Position numbers and translations under genes: made by a program. From contig NZ_CP134949.1 of the NCBI RefSeq assembly GCF_032116555.1, positions 434,001 through 498,000 on the forward strand: a stretch of DNA of 64,000 nucleotides, given 5' to 3'. Source of the DNA: Halorarum halobium (GTDB lineage Archaea > Halobacteriota > Halobacteria > Halobacteriales > Haloferacaceae). A model generated the notes under the pieces. The model searched no databases, was not told where the DNA came from, and saw only the letters and a program-made list of their open reading frames with translations. Positions 1 through 10,832 of the stretch are shown in pieces; within the stretch, counting starts at the first letter, position 1; each line of letters begins with the position of its first letter.

Positions 1-1
1 C

Positions 2-658
2 GTCCAGGACGGCCACATCGGCGCGTTCGGCGGCCCCATCTCGACCGGGAAGGAGGCGAACGTGTACGAGGCGCTCGGGGACGACGGGGAGGAACTCGCG
101 GTGAAGGTGTACCGCATCGGCACCTCGAACTTCCGGCACATGCGCGAGTACCTGGAGGGCGACCCACGCTTCGAGGGCATCGGCTCGGACAAGAAGAAGG
201 TCGTGCTCGCGTGGGTGCGAAAGGAGTTCGCCAACCTCCGCCGCGCGAAGGCCGCGGGCGTCCGCGTTCCCGACCCCATCGCCGTCCAGCGGAACGTGCT
301 CGTGATGGACCTGGTCGGTCACGCCGACGACCGGGCGCGCCGGCTCTCGGAGGTCGACGTGGAGAACCCCGAGACGGCCTACGAGGTCGTCCGCGAGTAC
401 ATGCGCCGGCTCTACTCGGCCGGCCTCGTTCACGGCGACCTCTCGGAGTACAACATGATCATCCACGAGGGCGAACTCGTCGTCATCGACCTCGGGCAGG
501 CGGTGACGGTCCACCACCCGAACGCGCGCGAGTTCCTCGAACGCGACTGCGAGAACGTCGCCGCCTTCTTCTCCCGGCAGGGGATGGCCGTCACGGGCGC
601 GGAACTGCAGGAGTACGTCACCGCGCCCGAGCCGGAGCCGTCGGCGGATCTGGAGTGA
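2..658 (+). CDS. rio1: RIO1-family serine/threonine kinase (5' end outside window)
   Basis: Frame is open from base 2. Motifs ISTGKEANVY, AVKVYR, LVHGDLSEYN and VIDLGQAV are typical of RIO kinases. Confidence 0.93.
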   Translation, partial: VQDGHIGAFGGPISTGKEANVYEALGDDGEELAVKVYRIGTSNFRHMREYLEGDPRFEGIGSDKKKVVLAWVRKEFANLRRAKAAGVRVPDPIAVQRNVLVMDLVGHADDRARRLSEVDVENPETAYEVVREYMRRLYSAGLVHGDLSEYNMIIHEGELVVIDLGQAVTVHHPNAREFLERDCENVAAFFSRQGMAVTGAELQEYVTAPEPEPSADLE

Positions 659-808
659 GTTCGACGGCGGCGTGACCGCTCGACCCACCGACCCAGAGAC
701 GGAACGGCCGTTCGACCCGTCCGCTCGACAGAACGAGCCTTCTGCTCGCCCGCCGACAGAAGTGTCATTCTGCGAGTACATTTCTGCCCCCGTCCCCATC
801 GGACGGAC

Positions 809-2143
809 ATGCGATCGCTCCTCGGCAACGTCGCCTTCCGGCGGCTGTTCGTGGGTCGGCTGGTGACGAACGCGGGCGACAGCCTCTACGCGGTGGCGGC
901 GATGTGGCTCGTGTTCGAGCTCACCGGGTCGACGTTCTACACCGGCCTCGCGGGCGCGCTGACGATGGGCCCGCAGGCGCTCCAGGCGTTCGTCGGCCCG
1001 CTGGTGGACCGCTGGCCGCTCCGTCGCCTCCTCGTCGGCATCCAGGTGACACAGGCGGTCGTCGTCCTCGTGGTGCCCGCGGCGTGGCTGCTGGGCGTCC
1101 GCTCGGTCGAACTCGTGCTCGTCGTCGTCCCGGCGCTCTCGATGCTGAACCAGTTCGTCTACCCGGCCCAGAGCGCCGCGCTGCCCCGCATCGTCGACGA
1201 CGACGAACTCGCGGACGCCAACGCCGCGTTCTCGTTCGCCTACCAGGGCGCCGACCTCGTGTTCAACGCACTCGCCGGGGCGCTCATCGCGCTGTTCGGC
1301 GCGGTGGCGCTGTACGCGATCGACTCGCTGACGTTCCTCGTCGCGGCGGTGCTGTTCGCCGGCGTCGTCGTCCCGGCGGCGGGGGCGGGCGATACGGCGA
1401 CCCACGGTGCCGAGGAGGCACCGTCGGCAGGCGATGCCGGGGATGCTGTGGGCGACGATCCGGCCGCGGGTCCGGCCGAGACCGACGGCGGCGAGTCGGA
1501 CGGCTCCGACCGCGGCGAACCGGACGGCTACCTCGACCGCCTGCGCGGGGGCGCGGCGTTCGTGCGCGGGACGCCGCTCGTCTGGCTGCTCGGGGCCGGC
1601 GTGCTCACGAACGGCCTGCTCGGCGTCTCGACCGCGGTGCTGCCGGCGTTCGCCGATACGATGGGCGGCGCGGGCGCCTACGGCGCCATCCGGGCGGCGA
1701 CGGCCGAGGGCCTGCTCGTCGGCGCGCTCCTCGGGTCGAAGCTGGACCACGTCGGGTTCGCGCGGCTGTTCGTGCCCGGCTTCCTGCTCTCGGCGGCGGG
1801 CTGGTTCGCCGCCCTGTTCGCGCCGACGCTGCCGCTCACGGCGCTCTGTTTCGCGCTCGCGCTGCTGCCCGTCGGCGCGACGAACGTCCTCGTCTCGACG
1901 CTGATCCAGCGGATGGTGCCCGACGACTTCCTCGGCCGCGTGAGCGCCATCCTCGGCTCCGCGTCGGTCGCGGTGATGCCCATCGGCTCGCTCCTCGGGG
2001 GGACGCTCGGCGAGACGGTCGGCGTGTGGGAGACGATGGCCGCCGGCGGCTTCGGGCTGCTCTGGATCGCGGTGTACGTCGCCGCGGTCCCGACGCTCCG
2101 GCGGCTCCCGCCGGTGTCCGAGGCGCGAACCATCGCGGCGTGA
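809..2143 (+). CDS. MFS transporter
   Basis: About 12 hydrophobic segments, GPLVDRWPLRR motif A-like, acidic central loop. Confidence 0.88.
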   Translation: MRSLLGNVAFRRLFVGRLVTNAGDSLYAVAAMWLVFELTGSTFYTGLAGALTMGPQALQAFVGPLVDRWPLRRLLVGIQVTQAVVVLVVPAAWLLGVRSVELVLVVVPALSMLNQFVYPAQSAALPRIVDDDELADANAAFSFAYQGADLVFNALAGALIALFGAVALYAIDSLTFLVAAVLFAGVVVPAAGAGDTATHGAEEAPSAGDAGDAVGDDPAAGPAETDGGESDGSDRGEPDGYLDRLRGGAAFVRGTPLVWLLGAGVLTNGLLGVSTAVLPAFADTMGGAGAYGAIRAATAEGLLVGALLGSKLDHVGFARLFVPGFLLSAAGWFAALFAPTLPLTALCFALALLPVGATNVLVSTLIQRMVPDDFLGRVSAILGSASVAVMPIGSLLGGTLGETVGVWETMAAGGFGLLWIAVYVAAVPTLRRLPPVSEARTIAA

Positions 2144-2261
2144 GGCGGCGTCGGGAGGCTCGACTCGGTGACGACTAACGCCCGTCCCCGAGATCCGACC
2201 GGCGACCGGACCGTCGGACGCCGAAGGAACTCTTAAACACGTCCGGCCGGAATTCCGGAGT

Positions 2262-2822
2262 ATGAGCACCCAACACGTCAAGGTACCGCAGGACCGCATC
2301 GGCGCGGTCATCGGCGAGGGTGGCGAGACGATGCGCGAGATCGAGTCGGAGGCGGAGGTGCGCCTCGACATCGACTCGGAGTCGGGTTCGGTCGCCATCG
2401 ACGCCGTCGGCGACCCCGTCACGGCGATGGTGGCCCCGGACGTCGTCCGCGCCATCGGCCGCGGCTTCACCCCCGAGTCGGCGCTCTCGCTGCTCGAGCA
2501 CGACCTCCGCCGGTTCGACCTCGTCGACCTGGCGGCGGAGACCCGCAACAAGAACGACCTCCAGCGACAGAAGGGCCGGCTCATCGGCGAGAACGGCCGG
2601 ACGCGGCAGCTGATGGAGGAACTGTCGGGCGCGGAGGTCGTCATCAGGGGCTCGACGCTCGGCGTCATCGGCCAGCCGGAGGAGGTCGAGGCGGTGCGGC
2701 GCGCGACCGGGATGATCCTCGACGGCGCGCCCCACGGCGCGGTGTACTCGTTCCTGGAGCGCCGGCACAACGAGATCCACGGCGTTCCCGACCTGTCGCC
2801 CGAACCCGAGGAGTCGCGCTGA
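2262..2822 (+). CDS. KH-domain rRNA processing protein (Dim2/Pno1 family)
   Basis: Two KH GxxG motifs (IGEGG, IGENG), RAIGRGF and HGAVYSFLE; near rio1. Confidence 0.9.
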   Translation: MSTQHVKVPQDRIGAVIGEGGETMREIESEAEVRLDIDSESGSVAIDAVGDPVTAMVAPDVVRAIGRGFTPESALSLLEHDLRRFDLVDLAAETRNKNDLQRQKGRLIGENGRTRQLMEELSGAEVVIRGSTLGVIGQPEEVEAVRRATGMILDGAPHGAVYSFLERRHNEIHGVPDLSPEPEESR

Positions 2823-2932
2823 TCGAGATGCGTTCTCTTGGGGCTGGTGGCAAACGGTGACTGTTCGGGTGTGAGTTACGCGGTATCTGGATGAGGAAAC
2901 GGACAGCAGGGACTGCTAGCTCACCTGAAACC

Positions 2933-3537
2933 GCACGGCACCGCACCTCACCCTCCCTTACCTCGGAGCACGCTCCTCGGAACTCACCCTCGCTCCGCTC
3001 GCGTGAGCAGCCTCCTGCGATGCTCGCTCGTAGGCTCGCTGCGCGTCTCGTTCCTCGCGCGCGTCGACTCACACAGGGGGGTTCGCGTCACGCGCGCCGA
3101 CCGCAATAGGCTGGTCGATCCACGTGGCGCGCGGCGGCCGCGCTTGCGCGGCCGCTCGTGCGAGGGACGAGCACCGCAGGCCGAAGCTCTCGTGAGCGAC
3201 GCAGGAGCGAACGAGAGCACGCGGGTCGAGCGAAGCGAGTCCCGCGAAGGCCGAGGAGCGCAGGAGGCTGGGGAGGGTGAGGCGCGGTGCCGTGCGGTGG
3301 GTGGGACTGAAAGGGGCCGCGGCGGTCGGCGACGGCGCGACTGACAAGCACCACAGCGCGACCGCAGGGAGCGCGAGGAGCGCAGCAGTCGCACCGAGCC
3401 GAGCGTCGCGGGGGCTTTCGAGGCGGTTGACGAGATAACCGAACGGATGCCGGAAACGACAGCAGCGGGAGCTTTCGAGGCGGCCGAAGCGACAGCCAAA
3501 CCACCGCAGAAGCCGACAGCAGCGGGGGCTTTCGAGG
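2933..3537. repeat. Two back-to-back copies of a modular palindromic intergenic element
   Basis: 3126-3480 is nearly identical to 9274-9580. Core GGCTGGGGAGGGTGAGG...GGGACTGAAAGGGGCC...GGGGCTTTCGAGG; a reverse copy lies at 2933-3104. Confidence 0.85.
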
Positions 3538-3697
3538 AAGTCGTCACGAAACCCGAGATCATCCCTATCGCGTCAGGTGGAACGGAAATCGCCACGAAGC
3601 CTTCCGCTCATGTCGCCGATCGAAACGCCCGCTCGTGCTCCCACGAGGACGAATCATCGCCGACGTGCTTTTCCACCCCCGCCGACTCGTACCGGTC

Positions 3698-4057
3698 ATG
3701 GACGGCGAATGCTCCCCGACGGACGTCGAGGGGTTCCTCGACGCGGACGAGGACGTCCGCGTTGTCGACATCAGGAACCCGCAGGCGTTCGCGGGGGGAC
3801 ACATCCCCGGCTCGGAGAACGTCCCGTTCCAGCAACTGCCCGACCGCGTCGAGGCGTTGACCGATGCCGACCGCATCGTCACCGTCTGTCCCCACGGCAA
3901 GGCGAGCGTGCAGGCCGCCAAGCTCATCGGCTCCTACGAGGGCACCGCCGACGCGACCGTCCTCAGCATGGCCGGCGGGCTCACCGCCTGGGACGGCGAC
4001 CTCGACGCCGACGCCCCCGAGCGGGAGGCTGACGAGGGGCCCGAGCCCCCGTTCTGA
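3698..4057 (+). CDS. Rhodanese-like domain protein
   Basis: VVDIRNPQAFAGGHIPGS, VCPHGKAS and SMAGGLTAW motifs; ATG at 3698. Confidence 0.88.
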   Translation: MDGECSPTDVEGFLDADEDVRVVDIRNPQAFAGGHIPGSENVPFQQLPDRVEALTDADRIVTVCPHGKASVQAAKLIGSYEGTADATVLSMAGGLTAWDGDLDADAPEREADEGPEPPF

Positions 4058-4091
4058 GCCAGTCGTCGCCACGGCCGCCACTTCTCCCGGG

Positions 4092-6275
4092 TCAGTCGCC
4101 CGCCGAGCGTCCCCACAGGAGCACCGACAGCAGCGACAGCACTCCCAGCGCGACCCAGGCGGTCACCGCCCCGAACCCGGGCGTCGTCACGGTCGTTCCC
4201 GCGCCCGCGTCGCGCTCGACCGTCACGGAAACGTCCCGGTCGCCGACCGACACGCGGCGGGTGCCCGGCTCGGAGAGGGTGACGGGGACCGAGACCACCG
4301 TCGTCTCGTTCGGGGCCAACTCGACCGTCGTCGTCGCCACGCGTTCGTGGTCCACGACGACCGACAGGTCGCCCGCGGCCGGCACCGCCGCGTCGTTTCG
4401 CACGACTGCGGCGACGCGGATTCGCCCGTCCGGCGCGACCGTCGTCCGGTTCACCTCGACGGACTCGACCGAGACGGTCGCCGGCTCGCGCACCTGAACC
4501 CGGTAGGTCCGGCCGGCGACCGACGCCGTGTACGTCCCCGGCTCCGGGAAGGTGTGTGAGAGCGCGAGCGTCGCCCGCTCGTCGGGGGCGAGCGTGCCGG
4601 TCCGTTCGGCGACCGGCTCGCCGTCGATTCGGAGGGTGAGCCGGTACTCGCCCGGCGACCCGCCGGCGTTCTCCGCGACCGTCCGCAGCGTCAGCGTCTC
4701 GCCCGTCGCCAGCGCCAGCGGCGGGTGCTGGGTCCCGTTCCGGGACGGCCCCTCGACCGTGGCCGTCCCGGGCGGCGTGAACGTGACGCGAGCAGGCGGC
4801 GTCCCGAAGGCGGCCTCGTGAGCCGGACGCGACCACATCTCCGGGACCGCGTCCGTTCGCGTGTAGCGCTCCGTCGCGTCGGCGGTCGAGTCGCCCGCCA
4901 GGTCGGCGACGGTCGCCCGGACCGTCCCGTCCGTCACCGGGTCCCCGCGGGCGTTCAGCCGGGACAGGACCGAGGCGAACGTCGCGCTGCCGTTCGTCGC
5001 CAGGCGGATCCGTCGGTCGAGTTCGCCCGTCACGAGCGCGCCCTTCACGTACTGGCCCCCGACACGGGGGCCGGACTCCCACGTCGCGGGCTCGGCGAGC
5101 ACCGCGTCGGCGTACGGGTCGCGCTCGCCGCGGGCCAGGTCGGCGGCGAAGTCGCCGAAGTCGATCCGGTCCTGCCGGAGCGCGAGCAGCGCGGCGTAGT
5201 AGTCGGCGCTCCCCTCGACGAGCCAGCGGCTCGACCGCGTCGGCTGGAACGCCTGTCTCGTGTGGACGTACTCGTGGAGCCAGGGGCTGTCGGGCGTGTC
5301 CAGCCGCTCCCCGGCGCGCACCCAGACGTCCGCGTCGCCGGTCTGTAGCCCCCGGACCGCCCAGTCGGGGTCCCCGGGGCCGGCGGGCGCGGCGACGAGG
5401 AAGACGGACTGGTCGCGGTCGCCGATCCGGAGCGTTCCGGACGCACCGGCGAGCGCGTCGAGCACGGCCGCCGGGCGCTCGGCCGGCTCGGCGGCTTCGG
5501 GGACGACGAGCCGGAACGTCTGCCCGTTCGCCCGCCGCGTGTGAACCTCGTGTGGGCCGAGGAACGCGATCCGCTCGCCGATCGCGCCCTCGCCGGCGAC
5601 GCCCGTCGTCCGGTCGAGGGAGAACTGGTCGCCGCTGTAGCGCCAGTGGACAGACGGGCTCGGCGTCCGGACGAGCGCCCACGGCCCGGCGTCGACGAAC
5701 AGGTACTGCTCGCCCGGCGCGCTCGCGAACTCGGCCGCAGGGGCGTCGCTCCCGCGGTCCGTGTCTCGGGCCGTTCGGAACCGCGCCGTCGGCGAGAACT
5801 GGCCGGCCCCGGCGGTCCGGTTCGCCGGGGCGCGGTAGGTGACCGTCGGCGACGCCGTCTCGCCGTCCCACTCGAACTCGTTGGGCCCCGAGCCGGTCCG
5901 GAAACCGGACGTCGAGACGACGCGGGCCTCGGGCGCGAGCGTCGTCCGGAGCGAGTCGACCCGGTCCGGAACGGCGAACCGGAGTACGACGGTGATCTCG
6001 CCGGGAACGTCCGGCGTCAGCAGGAGCGTCGAGCGGAGCCGGAACTCGGCCCGGGCCGACGCGTCGGTTCCGCGGTCGGAGCCGGTCCGCGTCGAGTCGG
6101 TTTCGTTTGATCCCGCGACGACGGAGTCGGCCCCGATTGACCCGGTCTCGATGGGGTCGCCCTCGACGGAGTCGGTTCCGATGGGATCGACGCCGGCGGT
6201 CGCCGGAGCGGCGGTCGCCGGGACGAGGGCGGCGAGAACGAGCAGGGCGACGAGCGCCAGGGTCCGCGGACGCAT
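4092..6275 (-). CDS. Secreted surface protein with gluzincin-like metalloprotease motif, CARDB-like Ig domains and PGF-CTERM anchor
   Basis: Signal peptide, HEYVH...EGSADYY motif, C-terminal TPGFG followed by a TM helix. Confidence 0.8.
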   Translation of the reverse strand: MRPRTLALVALLVLAALVPATAAPATAGVDPIGTDSVEGDPIETGSIGADSVVAGSNETDSTRTGSDRGTDASARAEFRLRSTLLLTPDVPGEITVVLRFAVPDRVDSLRTTLAPEARVVSTSGFRTGSGPNEFEWDGETASPTVTYRAPANRTAGAGQFSPTARFRTARDTDRGSDAPAAEFASAPGEQYLFVDAGPWALVRTPSPSVHWRYSGDQFSLDRTTGVAGEGAIGERIAFLGPHEVHTRRANGQTFRLVVPEAAEPAERPAAVLDALAGASGTLRIGDRDQSVFLVAAPAGPGDPDWAVRGLQTGDADVWVRAGERLDTPDSPWLHEYVHTRQAFQPTRSSRWLVEGSADYYAALLALRQDRIDFGDFAADLARGERDPYADAVLAEPATWESGPRVGGQYVKGALVTGELDRRIRLATNGSATFASVLSRLNARGDPVTDGTVRATVADLAGDSTADATERYTRTDAVPEMWSRPAHEAAFGTPPARVTFTPPGTATVEGPSRNGTQHPPLALATGETLTLRTVAENAGGSPGEYRLTLRIDGEPVAERTGTLAPDERATLALSHTFPEPGTYTASVAGRTYRVQVREPATVSVESVEVNRTTVAPDGRIRVAAVVRNDAAVPAAGDLSVVVDHERVATTTVELAPNETTVVSVPVTLSEPGTRRVSVGDRDVSVTVERDAGAGTTVTTPGFGAVTAWVALGVLSLLSVLLWGRSAGD

Positions 6276-6452
6276 TCACGGTCCGTTGGCGCGCCGGCCG
6301 GAAATACGGTTCGCACCCGTTTCGGCTCCGCTCCCGGCCCGACGGCGGCTGACCGGAAACGGACCATCGGCTGACCGGAAACGGACCGGCGGCTGGCGGG
6401 GATCGAACCGGCCGAAAAACGGGCGCTCGACGGGCGGGTACTCAGGTACCGG

Positions 6453-6758
<306 letters not shown>

Positions 6759-6913
6759 CTACAGGACCACCATATTAAACAGTGTCGGGTAGGGCGGTTC
6801 CGGGCGCGTGGGCCCCCGACTCCACCGGTTTCGGGACCGGCGCTCGGCGGTGGCGCGGCGGGTCACGCGAGGGGGGCAGGCGCGGTGCGGTCGGAACGAC
6901 CGGGGCGACCCGT

Positions 6914-9205
6914 TCAGCCCGCGAACCGGCGGAGGACGGGCGCGTGTCGGCGCACGAGCGAGTCCGCCGCGTCGACCGCCTCGGCGGCCTCACCGTCGCT
7001 CACGCCCGAGCCGTAGCGGGCGCGCTCGTAGGCCTCGCCGACGGCACGCACGCGGTCGTCGAACCCGTGTGCGGCGAGCACGTCGAGGTAGGTCCGGGCC
7101 GTCTCGCCGGGGCGACGCTCCCGGTAGGCGAGCGCGCCGAGGTGTTCGAGCCGGCGGAACGCCCGGACCGCGTCGGCGTCGGGCTCCCGCCGCGGCTGGT
7201 AGACGAGCCAGAGGGCACGGTACGCCCGCCGGGAGAGCCCCGTCCGCCGGGCGCCCGCGACGAGTCCGACAAGCAGCACCGCGCCGACGACGGCGTCCTC
7301 GGGGGTGGGCGTCCAGCCGCCCTCGTCACTCTCGCCCCCGACGCCGGCGGCCGTGCCGTTGGCCGCGCCGGCCAGGCCGCCGCCGAAGGGCGTCTGGAAC
7401 GTCGCGTTCGCGCCCGGCCCCTGGAACTCGCCGGGGTCGGGCGTCTGTCCGGGGAAGCCCGCGCCGGCGGTGCCGGTGTCGTTCGGCGTCGGATCCGGCG
7501 TCTCGTAGCTGCCGTTGGCAGAGCCCGCCGCGTCGACGCTCTCGTCGCCCTCCGCGCGGGCGGCCTCGACGCGCTGCGTCTCGGCCGAGTCGCGGGGGCC
7601 GCCGGGCGTCGGATCGAACCGGATCCAGCCCTGCTCGGGGAAGTACACCTCGACCCAGGCGTGCGAGTCGAGGCCGCGGACGACCCACTCGTCCTCGGCG
7701 ACGCGCTGGCCCGGCGTGTAGCCGGTGACGAACCGGGCCGGGATGCCCTGGGTCCGGAGCATCACGACCATCGTCGTCGCGTAGTAGACGCAGTAGCCCG
7801 ACTCCATCTCGAACAGGAACCGGTCGGCCGTATCACCCGAGGGCGGCGGCACGTCGAGCGAGTACTCCCTGTTTGATTCGAGGTAGCGCTCGATCGCGAC
7901 GGCAGCGTCGTGGGGGTTGCTCGCGTCCGCCTCCTCGATGACCGACCGGGTGCGTTCGCCGACACGGTCGGGCGTGCTGCCGGGAAGCTGGGTGTACCTG
8001 GCGGCGACGTCCTCGGGGTAGTCGGTGCCGGCGCGCCGGAGCTGGCCCTCGGTCGCCTGGGGCACCTCGCTGTTGACGACGTAGGTGTCGTTCTCCAGCA
8101 GCGTCGTGCCCGGGCGGAGCCCGTCGTGTTCGGTCACCTGCGTCGTGTCCGACACGGGGCCCTCCACGGAGACGGGTTTCCACGCGGCCGGCATCGCGTC
8201 GAGCGATCCCCTCGCGGTCACCTCCTGTCGCATCGAAACCGTCTCGCCGGGCGGCTGGGAGAGCCGGCTGGTGCTGTACGGGCTGGCGTCGCCGGTCCGC
8301 ACCCAGCCCTGCCCGGTGTAGCGGTCGTAGGAGCCGACGCGCCAGTACGCCGAGCGATCCGACTCGACGACGAAGCGCACGTCCGGGGAGAGCTCGATGC
8401 TGCCGAGGACGGCCACGCGGTCGGTGTTGGCGACGAGGCTCGACTCGACGGTCGGGTTGCCGCCGCCCGGGAGGACGGGGTTGCTCGCGCTGCCGGGGAC
8501 GACCGTGACGACCGACGTGAGCACGACCATCGCGGCGACGATGACCGTCACCGTGTCGAGCTGTGCGAGGATGCCGCGCTTGCCCGCGGCGGCCAGCCCG
8601 GTGAACCCGAGCGCGACCGTGACGCCGACCGCGCAGGCGATCGCCGCCGCCGGCCCCGCGTCGCCCGTGAGGACGAAGAACGCGGTCGTGAGGCCGGCGA
8701 CGGTCGCGGCCCACACGTAGCGCCCGCGGGCCGTGAGATACCACGCGAGGAACGTCGGGACCGGCGCGAGCAGCAGCGCCCAGGTGCCGACGCTGAGCAG
8801 GCGGAGCACCGACAGGCCGGTGAGCAGCGCGAGCACGTCGGCGACGATCCGCGAGGCGGTGAACAGCGCCCGCGCGCTCTCGGGAACCGAGTAGAAGTAC
8901 GCCACCAGCGCCAGGGCGAACCCGGCCGCCGAGAGCGCGACCGCGGTCCGCTCGCGGAGGAACCCGGCGAACCAGGTGGCGAGCAGCGCCGTCGCAAGGA
9001 GTTCGAGCACCAGGAAGCCGACGCCGCCCACGACGTCGAGCACGTGGTAGAACACCGAGAGGTACGCGAGGACGGCGAGTGCGACGCCGAGCGCCGGCGC
9101 CCCCCTGAGCGCCCCGAGGGTGTCACGTCCGCCGCCGCCCCGCATGTACTCCGGCTTCGTCCCGTGTCCGGCCATGTCGCGCAGGCCGCCCGTGCCGCCG
9201 CTCAT
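6914..9205 (-). CDS. Membrane transglutaminase-like domain protein (TgpA/DUF3488 type)
   Basis: N-terminal TM segments; GYCVYYAT, HAWVEVYF and FDPTP catalytic-triad motifs; GGAGGTG SD before ATG 9205. Confidence 0.88.
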   Translation of the reverse strand: MSGGTGGLRDMAGHGTKPEYMRGGGGRDTLGALRGAPALGVALAVLAYLSVFYHVLDVVGGVGFLVLELLATALLATWFAGFLRERTAVALSAAGFALALVAYFYSVPESARALFTASRIVADVLALLTGLSVLRLLSVGTWALLLAPVPTFLAWYLTARGRYVWAATVAGLTTAFFVLTGDAGPAAAIACAVGVTVALGFTGLAAAGKRGILAQLDTVTVIVAAMVVLTSVVTVVPGSASNPVLPGGGNPTVESSLVANTDRVAVLGSIELSPDVRFVVESDRSAYWRVGSYDRYTGQGWVRTGDASPYSTSRLSQPPGETVSMRQEVTARGSLDAMPAAWKPVSVEGPVSDTTQVTEHDGLRPGTTLLENDTYVVNSEVPQATEGQLRRAGTDYPEDVAARYTQLPGSTPDRVGERTRSVIEEADASNPHDAAVAIERYLESNREYSLDVPPPSGDTADRFLFEMESGYCVYYATTMVVMLRTQGIPARFVTGYTPGQRVAEDEWVVRGLDSHAWVEVYFPEQGWIRFDPTPGGPRDSAETQRVEAARAEGDESVDAAGSANGSYETPDPTPNDTGTAGAGFPGQTPDPGEFQGPGANATFQTPFGGGLAGAANGTAAGVGGESDEGGWTPTPEDAVVGAVLLVGLVAGARRTGLSRRAYRALWLVYQPRREPDADAVRAFRRLEHLGALAYRERRPGETARTYLDVLAAHGFDDRVRAVGEAYERARYGSGVSDGEAAEAVDAADSLVRRHAPVLRRFAG

Positions 9206-9273
9206 TCAGCGACACCTCCGTTCGACAACTCGGTGACTTCCGGCCGTGGTTCGGCACCCGACGTGAGGCATCC

Positions 9274-9580
9274 GGCGCGCGGCGGCCGCGCTTGCGCGGC
9301 CGCTCGTGCGAGGGACGAGCACCGCAGCGGGCGCGACCGAAGGGAGCGAACGCGAGGAGCACAGGAGGCTGGGGAGGGTGAGGTGCTGTGCGGTACGGTG
9401 GGTGGGACTGAAAGGGGCCGCGGCGGTCGGCGACGGCGCGACTGACAAGCACCACAGCGCGACCGCAGGGAGCGCGAGGAGCGCAGCAGTCGCACCGAGC
9501 CGAGCGTCGCGGGGGCTTTCGAGGCGGTTGACGAGATAACCGAACTAATGCCGGAAACGACAGCATCGGGGGCTTTCGAG
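9274..9580 (+). repeat. Modular palindromic intergenic element
   Basis: Near-identical to 3126-3480; sits inside the MoxR operon. Confidence 0.88.
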
Positions 9581-9659
9581 GACCGCGCCACGCGACTGAA
9601 CCAACCTCCGAACCGACCGTAGCGTCGCAGTCGAGAGACCAGCAACTCCCGACCGATCA

Positions 9660-10724
9660 TCACGCCGCCACCTCCGACAAGCCGTCACGACCAGTCCCAC
9701 GCGTCACGCCGTACGTCGGCCGATACGAGCCCACGAACTCCTCGAAGTCGACCGACTCGTCGCCGACGGCGACCGACACGCCGTCGGACTCGCCGTAGAT
9801 CGTGACGTCGGCGTCCTCGGTCGTCACCCGGCCGGGGCCGACGAGCGCGAGGCGTTCGAGCAGGCGGACCTGGCTTCCGCGGTCCGGGCCGGCGGCGACG
9901 CTGCCGCCCGGCAGGTGGACCTCGACCGGGACGCCGTCCTCGACGAGCGCGAGCGCGATGCTGGCGACGGCCTCGGCCATCCGGTCTGCCGCGCCGGGCG
10001 AGCCCGACGCGCCGGCCGCCAGCGAGACGGCCTCCGTGTCCGCCTCGGCGGCGAACTCCTTCACGATGAGGTCCTCGCGCTTGGCGGTGGACTTCCAGTG
10101 GATGTCACGCAGCGAGTCGCCGTGGTCGTACTCGCGCAGGCGGTCGAACTCGCGGCGCTCCTCGTGGACGCCGGTCTCGTGGAGCGCGCGCAGGTCGCGC
10201 CGCGCCCAGCCGGCGATGGCGTGGACGCGCGGGTAGACGAGCACGTCGGCGGTGCCGGCGGTCGTCGCCTCCGTCTCGACGAGGCCGAGCAGGTCCCGGG
10301 CGGTGACGGTGGCCGGGCCGAGCGTGTGCTGGCCGCGCGTCTCGTATCGGAGCTCGTACTCGACGGGTGCGGTCCCGACGACCGTCTTGACGGTGGGCTC
10401 CTCGACGGCGAGGCCGTCGTCGACCTGCTCGCGCACCGTGCCGGCGAACGGACGCGAGAGGGCGGTGTCGGGACCCGGCCGCCGGCCGTCGGCGTCGCCG
10501 AAGAAGCAGCGGACGGTGCCCTCGTGGTCGACGTGGGCGTCCGGCGGGGTGTCCCGGGCGACCCGGGGCGGTTCGAACCGCCGGAGTTGCAGGTAGCCGG
10601 CAGCGAGCGCGACGACCCCGGGGATGACGACGGCGTTGAGCGCGCGGGGACCGAACAGCGCCGCCGAGAGGGCCGCGAGCGCGACGACCGCGACCACGAC
10701 CCAGCCGCGGCGGGTCAGGTGCAT
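9660..10724 (-). CDS. DUF58 domain protein
   Basis: EFDRLREYDHGDSLRDIHWKSTAK motif; lies between the MoxR and transglutaminase genes. Confidence 0.9.
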   Translation of the reverse strand: MHLTRRGWVVVAVVALAALSAALFGPRALNAVVIPGVVALAAGYLQLRRFEPPRVARDTPPDAHVDHEGTVRCFFGDADGRRPGPDTALSRPFAGTVREQVDDGLAVEEPTVKTVVGTAPVEYELRYETRGQHTLGPATVTARDLLGLVETEATTAGTADVLVYPRVHAIAGWARRDLRALHETGVHEERREFDRLREYDHGDSLRDIHWKSTAKREDLIVKEFAAEADTEAVSLAAGASGSPGAADRMAEAVASIALALVEDGVPVEVHLPGGSVAAGPDRGSQVRLLERLALVGPGRVTTEDADVTIYGESDGVSVAVGDESVDFEEFVGSYRPTYGVTRGTGRDGLSEVAA

Positions 10725-10832
10725 GCGGCCCCCCGAGCGGCGTCGGCTGGCCAGGCAGCACCAGCTTGCCGGGCGGCATCGGGGTGCCAGGCGGCAGCGG
10801 CTGGCCGCCCCGTCGGTGTCGGCCCCATCGAC

